From an uncultured Gemmatimonadales bacterium (GTDB lineage: Bacteria > Gemmatimonadota > Gemmatimonadetes > Longimicrobiales > Gaopeijiaceae): 64,000 nucleotides of DNA. The stretch's first letter is position 1. Each line of letters opens with the position of its first letter. Of the stretch, positions 32,528 to 42,152 are shown piece by piece. The notes below the pieces were generated by a model, which was not told the origin of the DNA, searched no databases, and worked only from the letters and a program-made list of their open reading frames with translations. Position numbers and translations under genes: made by a program. The stretch lies in contig CAWELD010000003.1 of NCBI GenBank assembly GCA_963809895.1, positions 1,504,001-1,568,000 of the forward strand, written 5' to 3'.

Positions 32528-32702
32528 GGCTCCCATTTCGGGTGAAATCACAAGGGGCGCAGCGAAGCCGTCGAGGTCGGGAACGTGGCGTATTCTCGCG
32601 CCAAGACGCTCGCTGACGGCAGGGGCGCCCGAGCGGGTGTTTCCGAATAAATACCGAAGTGATCTTCGGTTCTTTTTCGGTATTCTCGGAGAGGGCGGAC
32701 GT

Positions 32703-32901
32703 TGGACTTCGCAGCCAGCGACGGGGGCTCGGTGGGGCGATGGCTGCGGACTCCAGGATTATCCTGGACTTTGCAGCCGGCGCCTTCGGCTCACCGGCCG
32801 ATGGCTGCGTTCTCCAGGACTATCCTGGACTTTGCAGCCAGGCGACCGCGCCGCGCCGGACTGTGGCTGCGTTCTCCAGGATCATTCCGGAGTCCGCAGC
32901 C
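32703..32901. repeat. Array of 37-bp palindromic repeats (3 full copies + 1 half) with 24-25 bp unique spacers
   Basis: Copies at 32742-32778, 32803-32839 and 32865-32901 (GGCTGCGkwCTCCAGGA-N3-TCCTGGACTTTGCAGCC type); half copy TGGACTTCGCAGCC at 32703-32716. Confidence 0.9.
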
Positions 32902-32972
32902 GATGGGCGGAGCGGGGCCGGAGAGGTGCGCCGCGGATCCGCGGCGTGGGTCCTGTCGGACCGGGTGGTACC

Positions 32973-33011
32973 AACGAAAGCGGCGCCGCGGGGCGAACCC
33001 CGCGGCGCCGC
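32973..33011 (-). terminator. Rho-independent terminator of the TPR gene
   Basis: Perfect 14-bp stem GCGGCGCCGCGGGG, TTCG loop, followed by TTTCGTT on the minus strand. Confidence 0.85.
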
Positions 33012-33039
33012 AGCGCCGGATCAGCGGCTCAGCGTGGCG

Positions 33040-34797
33040 TCAGCCGCCCCGCTTGATGATGAGCTGCTGGATCTCGATGTACTGATCCGTGGCGTTCAGG
33101 ATCTGGTTGATGTTCACGCTGGGCTGCGTGTTCGCGTACGGCGTGCCCGACTGGAAGAGGGTCTTCGCCTGCTGGAAGAGCGGCAGCGTCTTCTTCGCCG
33201 TGTCCAGCGTCTCGGGCTTCTCCAGGTCGATGGCCTGCGAGTAGAGCACCCAGCCGTGCCAGAAGTCCAGCATCTGCTTGGTCTCGGCGTTGACGTCGAA
33301 GGTCTTCGCCATCTGGATGCCCTGGAGGGCGTAGTTCCAGTTCTTGTTCTGCACGCCCTTCTGGTAGGCGTCGGAGAAGATCACCTTGGACACCACCGAC
33401 GGATCCTGTCCCCGCTCCACGGCCTTGTGGAAGAGGGGCTCGGCCTTGTCCCGGTCGCCCGCGGCCATGTAGAGGTTCGCCTGGCGCACGTACAGGTTCT
33501 CGAAGTCCGGATCGATGCTCTCGATCTTGGCCAGCTCCTGCACGGCCTGGTCCGTCTTGTCCTCGCGCTCGAGGACGGTGGAGTACACCGACAGCAGCAC
33601 GGGCTCCTGCGGATGGGTCTGCAGGACGCGCTGGGCGAACTGCTCGGCCTGCTGCAACTCGTCGAGCTGAATGTACGCCACCACGACGCTCCGGAGCTGA
33701 CTGACACCCATGGAGTCGGCCCGCTGATCGTACATCTTGGTGTAGGCGTCGATGGCGGTGCGGTAGAGCTCGGCCACCTGAGGCGGAACCTCCTGGTCTT
33801 CACCGCCCTGCTGGCCGGCACCCTCGGGAAGCGCGTTGCGCGCCGCGGCGAAGGCGTAGTTCCCCAGGTCGCCCAGGAGCTCGGGGCTCTGGTCCTGGCC
33901 CTGGAGGCCTTCCTGGATCAGGAGCATGGCGCCTTCAGGGTCGCCGGCCTTGAACATGTCGTAGGCGATGTTGCGGCGGACGTCCACGGCGCCCGGGTTC
34001 AGTTCGAGGTAACGGCCGTAGAACGTGCGACCCTCGTCTTTCTGACCCAGGGTCGTGGCCAGATACCCGGCCAACTGAAGGCCCTCGTCGTGGTAGGGGG
34101 CCTGCTCCAGGAGCGTCTCGAGCTGGGAGAGCGCGTCCTCGAGGCGGTCCATCTTCCAGAGGGTCACCGCCCGCTGGTACATGACGCCTTCGTCCTTGGG
34201 GTTGAGCTCGAGCGCGTCGTCGCAGTTGCGCAGCGAGCTCTCCCAATCGGAGCTGTTGGCGTAGTCGGAGCAGAACTGCTTGAAGCGGATCTGCTGCACG
34301 TAGGTGTCGAAGGCGTCGACGATGCGCTGCGCGGCCTCTTCCTTCTGGTCCTTGTTGGACTGGAAGGGCTCCACATCGAACTCCTGCGAGCTTCCGAGAT
34401 CGATGAACTTGATCTCCTGGAAGTCGCGCTCGTCACCACTCTCGGTGTACGACGCGCACAGAGCCACCTGCGCGTTGATCTGGGCGCCGAGCTGCCGGGT
34501 CTTGGTGCAGTCGAGCTCGTCCATCTTGAGCTTGAACCGCCGCAGCTGGTCCTTGATCTCGTCTTCCTCGATGGGCTGATGCGTCGGAAGCTTGTTGATG
34601 GCCTTCCTCAGCTCCTTCGCCACGTCCTTGCCGAAGTCGTCGTCGGCACCTTCGAGCGGGAACAGATTCGGAATGAGTACGCGGAACCGCCCACCCACCT
34701 CCTGCTGGGCCGAAAGATGCCCCGCAGGGGTCAAAGCAGGCGCTACGAAGAGGGCGGCCGCGAACGCTACTACTCCCAGCCTCAGCCGTCCGATCAT
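33040..34797 (-). CDS. Secreted tetratricopeptide-repeat protein
   Basis: Signal peptide from ATG 34797 (MIGRLRLG...SAQ); repeated TPR-like ALELNP / LELNPG / ESIDPD helices. Confidence 0.8.
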   Translation of the reverse strand: MIGRLRLGVVAFAAALFVAPALTPAGHLSAQQEVGGRFRVLIPNLFPLEGADDDFGKDVAKELRKAINKLPTHQPIEEDEIKDQLRRFKLKMDELDCTKTRQLGAQINAQVALCASYTESGDERDFQEIKFIDLGSSQEFDVEPFQSNKDQKEEAAQRIVDAFDTYVQQIRFKQFCSDYANSSDWESSLRNCDDALELNPKDEGVMYQRAVTLWKMDRLEDALSQLETLLEQAPYHDEGLQLAGYLATTLGQKDEGRTFYGRYLELNPGAVDVRRNIAYDMFKAGDPEGAMLLIQEGLQGQDQSPELLGDLGNYAFAAARNALPEGAGQQGGEDQEVPPQVAELYRTAIDAYTKMYDQRADSMGVSQLRSVVVAYIQLDELQQAEQFAQRVLQTHPQEPVLLSVYSTVLEREDKTDQAVQELAKIESIDPDFENLYVRQANLYMAAGDRDKAEPLFHKAVERGQDPSVVSKVIFSDAYQKGVQNKNWNYALQGIQMAKTFDVNAETKQMLDFWHGWVLYSQAIDLEKPETLDTAKKTLPLFQQAKTLFQSGTPYANTQPSVNINQILNATDQYIEIQQLIIKRGG

Positions 34798-35034
34798 GAG
34801 GTGTCTCCTGGGCTTTTCGCCCGGTGCAGTTCCTTTCCGGCCCCGCAGGGGGACCTCCGACTTCGTTTCGGCGATCTCTACCGCCGTTGAACCTTGAAAG
34901 GTTCCAATGTTCCGCCGGCGGGGGCGGAAAGCCCGGCAATCTATCCCCGGGTGCCGAACCGGGTCAACGGTTCGGGCGCGTATGTGTTCCACTGATCATA
35001 CTCCGTGCCAGCGTCGATCTTACAGTCGTGGCGG

Positions 35035-35499
35035 TCACGGTTCGTCGGGCTCCTCGCTGCCCTGCGGACGGCCACCCGGGCCGAAGGGCCCGTCCTGCGC
35101 TTCGATGGCTCGCCGGATCTCCGGCGGCATCGACTTGGTGGCGCCGACATCGTAGTCGTACATGACCTGCAGTGTGCTGCCACTGACCAACAACTCTCCG
35201 TTCTCGCCACGCACCTCGTAGTCCATTTCGAAGTGACGTTTGCCCAGGCGAGACACCCGGACACCGACGCGGAGGCGCTGAGGATACAGCACCCGGCGAT
35301 GATACCGGAGTCGCGCCTCGGCGAGGATATAGTCGACGTCGGCCAGATCGGAGCGGCCAACGACCTCGCGCCAGTAGGCCGCCCGTGCTTCTTCCATATA
35401 CACCAGAGCGTGCGAATGGTGTACGTGACCACCGATGTCCACGTCCTTGAAGCGCACGTCTACGCCGTGCGCGAAGCCGAAGGGGGCGTCGTCGGACAA
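35035..35499 (-). CDS. Acyl-CoA thioesterase (4HBT/YbgC hot-dog fold)
   Basis: VRFKDVDIGGHVHH...YMEEAR; start uncertain (TTG 35499 assumed). Confidence 0.85.
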   Translation of the reverse strand: MSDDAPFGFAHGVDVRFKDVDIGGHVHHSHALVYMEEARAAYWREVVGRSDLADVDYILAEARLRYHRRVLYPQRLRVGVRVSRLGKRHFEMDYEVRGENGELLVSGSTLQVMYDYDVGATKSMPPEIRRAIEAQDGPFGPGGRPQGSEEPDEP

Positions 35500-35547
35500 G
35501 GTGTCGTGGGGTCGAGGGAGCGGCGCGGGCGCCCTACCTTCTAAGGC

Positions 35548-36675
35548 ATGAGCACGAGATCCACAAGGCAGGCGGTGGCGGTGGTGGGCGGTGGGGTCAT
35601 CGGTCTGGCGGTCGCCGAGGCCCTGGCGCGGCGCGACCACCGCGTCATCCTGGCCGAGCGCGGGCGGGTGGCCGAGGAGGCCACGTGGGCCGCCGGCGGC
35701 ATGCTGGCGCCGCTGAGCGAAGCCCGCCATCCGGGACCGTTCCTGGCCCTGGCGCTGGAGAGTCTGTCCCTGTACCCGGAGTTCGTCGCGCGCGCCGAAG
35801 CCGCGTGGGGTGCGCCGGTGGGATTCCGGCGCTGCGGCAAGCTCCTGGTGGCCTTCGACGACGGTGACGCCCAGCGGCTCCGTGCCCGCTGGCGATGGCA
35901 ACACCAGGAGGGCCATGACGTCCGGCTCCTGGCGCCCGACGAGGCTCGGGAGGTAGAGCCGTCGATCTCGTTCGCCGTCGAGTCGGCCCTGCATCTGCGC
36001 GCCGACGCCCAGGTCGACAACCGTCGGCTCGGCACCGCGCTCGCGGCGCTGGCCCGGGGCGCGGGCGTCGAGATCCGGGAGGGCGCACCCGTTCGGGGGC
36101 TCACGGCCCGGGGCGGGCGCGTCACCGGGCTGGAGCTGGCCTCGGGCGAGCATCTCGACGCCGACCGCGTCCTGCTGGCAGCCGGGGCCTGGTCCGGCGG
36201 CCTGGAGGGTCTCCCCCGCCCCATTCCCGTGCGGCCCGTCCGCGGACAGATGCTCGCTCTGGCGGTCGAAGACCCACTCCCCGCGGGCCTGGTCGGCGCC
36301 CCCGGTGCCTACCTCATTCCCCGCGAAGGGGTCGCGGGCCCGTTGGTGGTGGTGGGTGCGAGCGAAGAAGACGTGGGATTCCAGCGCGGTACCGATGCGG
36401 CCACGTTGGGCGCGCTGCGCGCCGCGGCAGTCCGCGCCCTGCCCGCGCTGGCCGCCGCGCCGGTGGTGGAGCGCTGGTGCGGGTTCCGGCCCGGTACGCC
36501 CGACAACCTTCCGGTGCTGGGTCGGGATCCGGACCTACCCGGGCTCGTGTACGCCACCGGCCACTTCCGGAACGGGATCCTGCTGGCGCCGGTCACCGCC
36601 GAGCGCATCGCGCGGCTGGTGACCGACGACGAAGCGGCCGGGCTGGAGGCGTTCCGGCCCGACCGCTTCGCGTAG
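35548..36675 (+). CDS. thiO: Glycine oxidase ThiO / FAD-dependent oxidoreductase
   Basis: GGGVIG, AAGGMLAP, PVRGQM, GFRPGTPD, TGHFRNGILLAP. Confidence 0.88.
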   Translation: MSTRSTRQAVAVVGGGVIGLAVAEALARRDHRVILAERGRVAEEATWAAGGMLAPLSEARHPGPFLALALESLSLYPEFVARAEAAWGAPVGFRRCGKLLVAFDDGDAQRLRARWRWQHQEGHDVRLLAPDEAREVEPSISFAVESALHLRADAQVDNRRLGTALAALARGAGVEIREGAPVRGLTARGGRVTGLELASGEHLDADRVLLAAGAWSGGLEGLPRPIPVRPVRGQMLALAVEDPLPAGLVGAPGAYLIPREGVAGPLVVVGASEEDVGFQRGTDAATLGALRAAAVRALPALAAAPVVERWCGFRPGTPDNLPVLGRDPDLPGLVYATGHFRNGILLAPVTAERIARLVTDDEAAGLEAFRPDRFA

Positions 36676-36729
36676 ACGAGTCCCGGGCCCGGCCGGAGAA
36701 CCGGCGCGGGCCGCGACCTCAAACGGCCA

Positions 36730-37761
36730 TCAGTTGCGGCGCAGGCGGATCGACCCCGAACCGGTGTCGATCTTGATGAGGCCCCTGCCGTTGCCGATGC
36801 GGCCCTCGATCTTGTCCCGGCGCATGGTGGTGACCTCCACCGCGAAGTCGAGGTCGATGCCGCCGGACCCACTGTCCAGATCCACCTCGGCGTTGATGTC
36901 GTCGGGCAGCGAGACCGTGACGCTTCCCGACCCTGTGTCCACGATGAGCCGTTCCACCGAGCCGTGCAGGTCGGTGGTGACCGACCCGGAGCCCGTGTCC
37001 AACTCCACGTCGGGTGCGGTGACGTCGCGCAGCCGGATGCCGCCCGATCCCGTGTCCACCACCAGGCGGTCGGTGGAGATGGATCCACCCTCGACCCCGC
37101 CGGAGCCCGTGTCCACGCTGACCCGTGGGCCCGACACACGGTCGAGGGTGACCGATCCGGACCCGGTGTCCACGCTGAGCTCACCCTGGATGTCGGCGAC
37201 CTCCACGGAGCCCGATCCCGTATCCACCCGGAGCGCCCCGGTGATGCCGCGAGCGCTCGCGCGCCCGGACCCCAGGTCCAGGAGGAGGTCGCTACGGATC
37301 CCCTCGGCCTCCGCTTCGCCCGCCGCCACGTAGACCGCGACGTCGTGGCCGGGCGGCACCGCGATGACGAGATCGGCGTGGGCATCCAGACCTCGCCCGC
37401 TTCCTCGCACCCGCACCCGGTCACCACCGTCGCCGAAGGTGCCGTCGTCTCGCACGCGCACCGTGGTGGACCAGTTTCCCCGGCCCGGCGCCGAATAGAC
37501 GACCTGATCCGAGGGATAGATCACCCGGAGCGTGTTGCGGCCACGGATGTCGTCCGTCTCCACCCGTAGCTGAGCGCCGTCGTCGCCGCCCCGCGTCATG
37601 CGCACCGTGACGTCGTTGCCGGTGCCGGCCACGACCTGCACGTGGCCCGCCAGGTTGTAGACTGCCACCCGGCTCCCGCTCACCGTGAAGGACTCCTGCC
37701 CGCTGACGGGCATCGCCACGGCCAGGGCAAGCGTGGCTACCCATGCAGATCGAATGTGCAC
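36730..37761 (-). CDS. DUF4097-type beta-strand repeat secreted protein
   Basis: Signal peptide from GTG 37761; nine D-x-GSG repeats (VDTGSG). Confidence 0.8.
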   Translation of the reverse strand: MHIRSAWVATLALAVAMPVSGQESFTVSGSRVAVYNLAGHVQVVAGTGNDVTVRMTRGGDDGAQLRVETDDIRGRNTLRVIYPSDQVVYSAPGRGNWSTTVRVRDDGTFGDGGDRVRVRGSGRGLDAHADLVIAVPPGHDVAVYVAAGEAEAEGIRSDLLLDLGSGRASARGITGALRVDTGSGSVEVADIQGELSVDTGSGSVTLDRVSGPRVSVDTGSGGVEGGSISTDRLVVDTGSGGIRLRDVTAPDVELDTGSGSVTTDLHGSVERLIVDTGSGSVTVSLPDDINAEVDLDSGSGGIDLDFAVEVTTMRRDKIEGRIGNGRGLIKIDTGSGSIRLRRN

Positions 37762-37775
37762 GTCGGATCTCCCGG

Positions 37776-38675
37776 TCAACGAATGCGAATGGAACCGTTT
37801 ACGGTTTCGAGCCGAAGGGTCGGCCCGCCCTCTCCGAGCATGCCCGAAGCGCTGTGCCGGCTGATGCGCCCCTGCAGCTTGAGCGGGAGCGACGAATCGA
37901 GCCGGCCGTTGAGCCAACGGGCCTCCAGGTCGGCGTTCACCGCATCGGGCACGTCGAGCTCGATGCTGCCGTTCACGGTCTTGAACTCCACGCCCTGGTC
38001 GGAGAACCGGCCCATGGAGGCTTCGATGGAGCCGTTCACCGTGGCGGCGCGAGCGAATCCAGTGGTGGAGACCTCCACGTCACCGTTGACGGTGGCCGCG
38101 TCGACGTCGCTCTCCAGCGAGATCGCCTCGACCTCGCCGTTCACCGTGCGCGCCTCGAAGCGCACGCCACGAGGCACTTCGATGTGGAAGGCCACCTTGA
38201 CGTCGTTGTTGCGCGTGTTGTTGCGGCCTCGATCACCCGAATCGCAACGGTTGGAGTCGTCGCGGGAAGGATAGACGGCGCACACCGTCACATCGCCCCC
38301 GTGCTCGACCACCTCGATCCTCACCTCGGACGGATCGCTGCGGCGCGCGCGCTTCTCCGCCGTCACCACCACCTCGTCGCCATCCGCCAGCACGGCTTCG
38401 ATGGGACCGTTCACGCCCTTGATCTCCAGCGTGCGACCGGCCTCCACGCGCCCCGACCATCGGAACTCGTCGCCCTGATCGTCAGAAGCCTGGCGGGCCT
38501 GGACGGTGCGCACCTCCACGACCCGGCTCTCGCTGCCGTGGCCCGTGACCCAACCTACCATGTCGCTCAGGAACGCCAGTCCCGCTTCCCGTGCTCCGGC
38601 CAGGCGGGGGGTCACCACCACACCTGCCACCATCGCCACGGCCAACGCCCAGCCCGCTCCATTCCAACGCCGCAT
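37776..38675 (-). CDS. DUF4097-type beta-strand repeat protein
   Basis: Repeated TVNG motifs; hydrophobic N-terminus; GGAGG RBS before ATG 38675. Confidence 0.8.
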   Translation of the reverse strand: MRRWNGAGWALAVAMVAGVVVTPRLAGAREAGLAFLSDMVGWVTGHGSESRVVEVRTVQARQASDDQGDEFRWSGRVEAGRTLEIKGVNGPIEAVLADGDEVVVTAEKRARRSDPSEVRIEVVEHGGDVTVCAVYPSRDDSNRCDSGDRGRNNTRNNDVKVAFHIEVPRGVRFEARTVNGEVEAISLESDVDAATVNGDVEVSTTGFARAATVNGSIEASMGRFSDQGVEFKTVNGSIELDVPDAVNADLEARWLNGRLDSSLPLKLQGRISRHSASGMLGEGGPTLRLETVNGSIRIR

Positions 38676-38768
38676 GATTCCTCCTCCTCGTCTTCTTCGA
38701 GACTCGTCTTCCCGCAGCAACTCCGTCCTGCCTGTCCCGCTCGCCGGTCGCCAGCCGCCCTAGCCGCG

Positions 38769-39593
38769 CTAGCCGCCGTGACGCAACCGGATGTCGCCAT
38801 CGAACGCCTGCAACTCCAGAACCGCACCTCCCACACCCATCACGAAGCTCAGCGGCTCACCGGCGTGCAGGCTCCTCACCTGCACCGGGAAGCCCGGCTC
38901 GAACTCCCCGTCGAACGTCGAAACGGAGACCGCGGCACCGGTGCCCTCGGGCACCGTGACCGAGATGTCCCCGTCGTGAGTGGCCAGACGCATCCGGGAT
39001 CCCCGGAGCACCCGCCCCTGAAAGACGATGTCGCCGTCCAGCGTCTCCGCCGACAGGGTGTCCACGGCGATGTCGTGGAGCGTCAGGTCGCCGTCGGTGC
39101 TCTGCACCGCCAGGCGCCCACGAGCGCCCCGCACGTCCACCTCACCTTCCACCGTGCCCAGCTGTACGTCGCCGGACAGGTCCTCGACGGTGATGGTGCC
39201 CGAGACGCTGCGGACGTCGACCGCCCCGGACAGGCGTTCCAACGACACGTCGCCTTCCAGCGTGCGCACCGTCAGATCTCCTCCCAACCCCTGCACGTCC
39301 ACGTCGAGCTCCCGACCGGCGATGCGCACGTTCATCCATGCGGGCACCGAGAGCCGCACGTCTTCCCGTCGCGCGCGTCGACCGATGTTGCCGCTCAGGA
39401 CGATGCGGTCGCCGTCACGACGCAGCTCGATCCGGTCGGCAGATTCCAGGGCCACCTCGCTCCGGTCCCATACCCGTACGGTGATGGACCCCGACCGGGT
39501 TTCGACCTGGAGCCTGTCGCCCCTCGAGGCGGCCATCACGGTGTCGGCCGGTGGGGAGACCAGAAGCCCCGCGGCGAGGAGCAGCGTCATCAT
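38769..39593 (-). CDS. DUF4097-type beta-strand repeat protein
   Basis: Repeated T-x-(D/E)-GD motifs; short signal peptide. Confidence 0.78.
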   Translation of the reverse strand: MMTLLLAAGLLVSPPADTVMAASRGDRLQVETRSGSITVRVWDRSEVALESADRIELRRDGDRIVLSGNIGRRARREDVRLSVPAWMNVRIAGRELDVDVQGLGGDLTVRTLEGDVSLERLSGAVDVRSVSGTITVEDLSGDVQLGTVEGEVDVRGARGRLAVQSTDGDLTLHDIAVDTLSAETLDGDIVFQGRVLRGSRMRLATHDGDISVTVPEGTGAAVSVSTFDGEFEPGFPVQVRSLHAGEPLSFVMGVGGAVLELQAFDGDIRLRHGG

Positions 39594-39594
39594 G

Positions 39595-40296
39595 TCACGA
39601 GCTCCAGTCCACCAGGTCGGCGGCCTGCTTCAGGTAGTCGCGCTTCCGCTCCATGGCGCTGCGCAGATGCCCCTGGACGTACGCGTTGCCCGGGTCGACC
39701 TCCAGCGCCGCCCGCGACTCGGCGATGGCGCGCTCGATGACGGCCAGGTTCTTCTCCAGGATGCGCAGCGTGTTGGGATCCAACCGGTCACGACCCGCGT
39801 CCAGCACGCCTTCCAGCTCCTCCACCTGCGCCGACAGGTCCTCCCCGTGTCCCTCCTCCTCGGCGGAGACGTTGGAGGCCATCGTGGACGGCACCGCCGA
39901 CGTGGCGGCCACGCCGGGTCCCGCCGGGGCCGTCATCGGGCGGAGCGCCCAACCCGCCGCCCCCGTCGCCAACGCCAGCGCGACACCGGCGGCAGCGAGC
40001 TGCCCCAGGGACAGACGGAAGGTGCGACGCCCGAAGGCCCGGGCCGGCTCCACGGGAAGCGGCACCACCTCGGCCTCGTTCAACCGACCGCGGATGTCCG
40101 GCCACAGGTCGCGGGGGGGCGCCACCGGCCCCATCTCCCGGGCGAGGCCGCGTACGTCCTCGAGCTCCGCCGCCACCTGCGCGCACTCGGTGCAGGCGCC
40201 CAGGTGATCCGACACCGCCCTTCGCTCGTCCCGTGGCAGGGAGCCGTCCAGGTACTCGGAGAGCCTGGCCAGGTAGTAGTCGTGTGATGCGTTCAT
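39595..40296 (-). CDS. Zinc-finger (zf-HC2/ZAS) anti-sigma factor
   Basis: LSEYLDGSL...HLGACTEC (HxxxCxxC), one TM; follows the ECF sigma gene. Confidence 0.88.
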   Translation of the reverse strand: MNASHDYYLARLSEYLDGSLPRDERRAVSDHLGACTECAQVAAELEDVRGLAREMGPVAPPRDLWPDIRGRLNEAEVVPLPVEPARAFGRRTFRLSLGQLAAAGVALALATGAAGWALRPMTAPAGPGVAATSAVPSTMASNVSAEEEGHGEDLSAQVEELEGVLDAGRDRLDPNTLRILEKNLAVIERAIAESRAALEVDPGNAYVQGHLRSAMERKRDYLKQAADLVDWSS

Positions 40297-40316
40297 ATCC
40301 GTCTCGTGCGTTCCGT

Positions 40317-40844
40317 TCAATTCAGGTGTCCACGCAGCAGCATGCGAGCCCGGTGAAGTTGGGACTTGGAGGTCCCCACGCTGATCCCCATCAGACCCGA
40401 GATCTCCTCGTGGCTGTAGCCCTCCACATCGAAGAGCACGAACACCTGGCGGGCACCCTCCGGGAGTTGTCCCATCGCCGCCTCCATGTCCATGCGTAGC
40501 CCCGGTGTGCGGGCGCGGGCCGTGAGGGATTCAACCAGCCCTTCCGCCGGCACGTGGCGCGCCTCCCGACGCCGGAGCGTCTCCCGCCTGGAGAGGATCA
40601 GGTTCACCGCCAGGCGATGGAGCCAGGTGGAGAAGCTCGCATCGCCCCGAAACGTCGCCAGCTTCCGCCACGCCCGCAGATAGACCTCCTGCGTCAGGTC
40701 ATCGGCCGCGTCGACGCCGGCCATGCGGCGAGCCAGCGCGTAGATGCGATCGACCGTGGACCGGTACAGGCGCTCGAAGGCTTCGGCATCGCCCGCGGCG
40801 GCGCGATCCACGTCCCGTCGTTCGGGCGACATGTCTGCGTGCAC
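40317..40844 (-). CDS. ECF RNA polymerase sigma factor
   Basis: AFERLY, DDLTQEVYLRAW, FSTWLHR, EGYSHEEI, GTSKSQLHRAR. Confidence 0.93.
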   Translation of the reverse strand: MHADMSPERRDVDRAAAGDAEAFERLYRSTVDRIYALARRMAGVDAADDLTQEVYLRAWRKLATFRGDASFSTWLHRLAVNLILSRRETLRRREARHVPAEGLVESLTARARTPGLRMDMEAAMGQLPEGARQVFVLFDVEGYSHEEISGLMGISVGTSKSQLHRARMLLRGHLN

Positions 40845-40911
40845 GGCTGCGGGCTTCGGGTTCGGAGTCAGGGTTCGCTGTCCCGGTGCGTCTCTGTCAC
40901 GTTACGCCCTC

Positions 40912-40941
40912 TTGGACGGGTGCTCGAGGCCCGGGGTTGGA
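40912..40941 (-). promoter_or_regulatory. Putative ECF-type (autoregulatory) promoter
   Basis: Minus strand TCCAACC...CGTCCAA: AAC - 17 bp - CGTC, about 70 bp upstream of the sigma gene. Confidence 0.45.
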
Positions 40942-41082
40942 ACCGGGCTTCGCGCGCTCGAGGCCCTTCGGCCGCCTCGCGCCTTGCGTTGCCGGGCGCG
41001 GCGTGACAGCCTGGACACGATCGTCCACGACACGGCCGTCACGCCAGCGTCGCGCACTCCAACGCCCGGACACGAGGGCCCC

Positions 41083-41412
41083 ATGCAGATACTCCCCATC
41101 GACCTCACGTCCATCGTGGCCACCGTGATGGGCATCTCCATCGTGCTGATCCCGGTGATGGGGCTCACGGCCCGCTTCGCGCTGAAGCCGTTGGTGGACT
41201 CGCTGGCCCGGGGGTGGGAGCACAAGGGCCTGGAGGAGAACCTCGCCATGTCCGAGCGCCGCATCGCGCTGCTGGAGCATCAGGTGGAGCACCTGGAAGG
41301 CTCGGTGCGCCACCTGGAAGAGGCCCAGGCCTTCGATCGCCAGCTCGGTGCGGGGACCGCAGCCGAGGAAGGCGCCCGCAGCCTCCCCGGAGATCGGGAG
41401 AGCACGGGGTGA
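41083..41412 (+). CDS. Small membrane protein with coiled coil
   Basis: ATG 41083 with GAGG RBS, one TM, coiled coil; GTGA overlap with the next gene. Confidence 0.7.
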   Translation: MQILPIDLTSIVATVMGISIVLIPVMGLTARFALKPLVDSLARGWEHKGLEENLAMSERRIALLEHQVEHLEGSVRHLEEAQAFDRQLGAGTAAEEGARSLPGDRESTG

Positions 41413-42143
41413 CGCTGGAGATCATCGGCCACCGCGGCTTCAGCGCCCGGGCTCCGGAAAACACGCTGGCGTCGGTGGAGGCGGCGCTCCGCGCCGGGGC
41501 CGACGCGGTGGAGTGGGACGTGCACGTGGCGGCCGACGGCACGCCGGTCGTCATCCACGACGCCACCCTGGGCCGCACCACGAACGGCGTGGGCCCGGTG
41601 CGGCGGCGCACGCTGGCACAGCTCCAGGGCCTGGACGCCGGAAGCTGGTTCGACCCTTCCTTCGCCGGCGAGCGCATCCCGTCGCTGGCACAGGCGCTGG
41701 ATCGGGTCAAGGGCCGCGTGGGCAGGGTGTACACCGAGGTCAAGGGGTACCGCGAGCTGGAGGACCTGGATCGCATGGCCCGCATCACGCGCGACGCCGA
41801 CATGGCCTACGACACGGTGTTCATCTCCATGGACTGGGGAACCCTGGACCGCATCGCGGGCCAGGACGACGAGGTGGGGATCGGCTTCATCGTCGACCAG
41901 CGCAGCCGCTACGAAGAGGCGCTGGAACGGGCCACCGGCTCCCCGCGGGCGATCCTGGACCTGGACTACCGCCTCGTCCTCCTGGAGCCGGAGCTGGCGG
42001 CGCGGGCCGTGGACCGCGGCGTCGACGTGGCCGTCTGGACCGTGGACTCGGCGGATGACGCGGAGACGCTTCGGGCCGCGGGTGTGACGCGCTTCACCAC
42101 CAACCAGGTGGAGCGACTGATGGAGTGGCGCCGAGGCTTGTGA
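41409..42143 (+). CDS. Glycerophosphodiester phosphodiesterase
   Basis: IGHRG, APENT, EWDV, HDATLGRTT, WTVD. Confidence 0.92.
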   Translation: MTLEIIGHRGFSARAPENTLASVEAALRAGADAVEWDVHVAADGTPVVIHDATLGRTTNGVGPVRRRTLAQLQGLDAGSWFDPSFAGERIPSLAQALDRVKGRVGRVYTEVKGYRELEDLDRMARITRDADMAYDTVFISMDWGTLDRIAGQDDEVGIGFIVDQRSRYEEALERATGSPRAILDLDYRLVLLEPELAARAVDRGVDVAVWTVDSADDAETLRAAGVTRFTTNQVERLMEWRRGL

Positions 42144-42152
42144 CCGGAGGCC

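Noticed and set aside
32703..32901. Calling the repeat array a bona fide CRISPR
   Set aside because: Only three imperfect repeats, short GC-rich spacers, whole-length palindromes, no typical 3' GAAAC-type end and no cas genes in the window; kept as an unexplained repeat.
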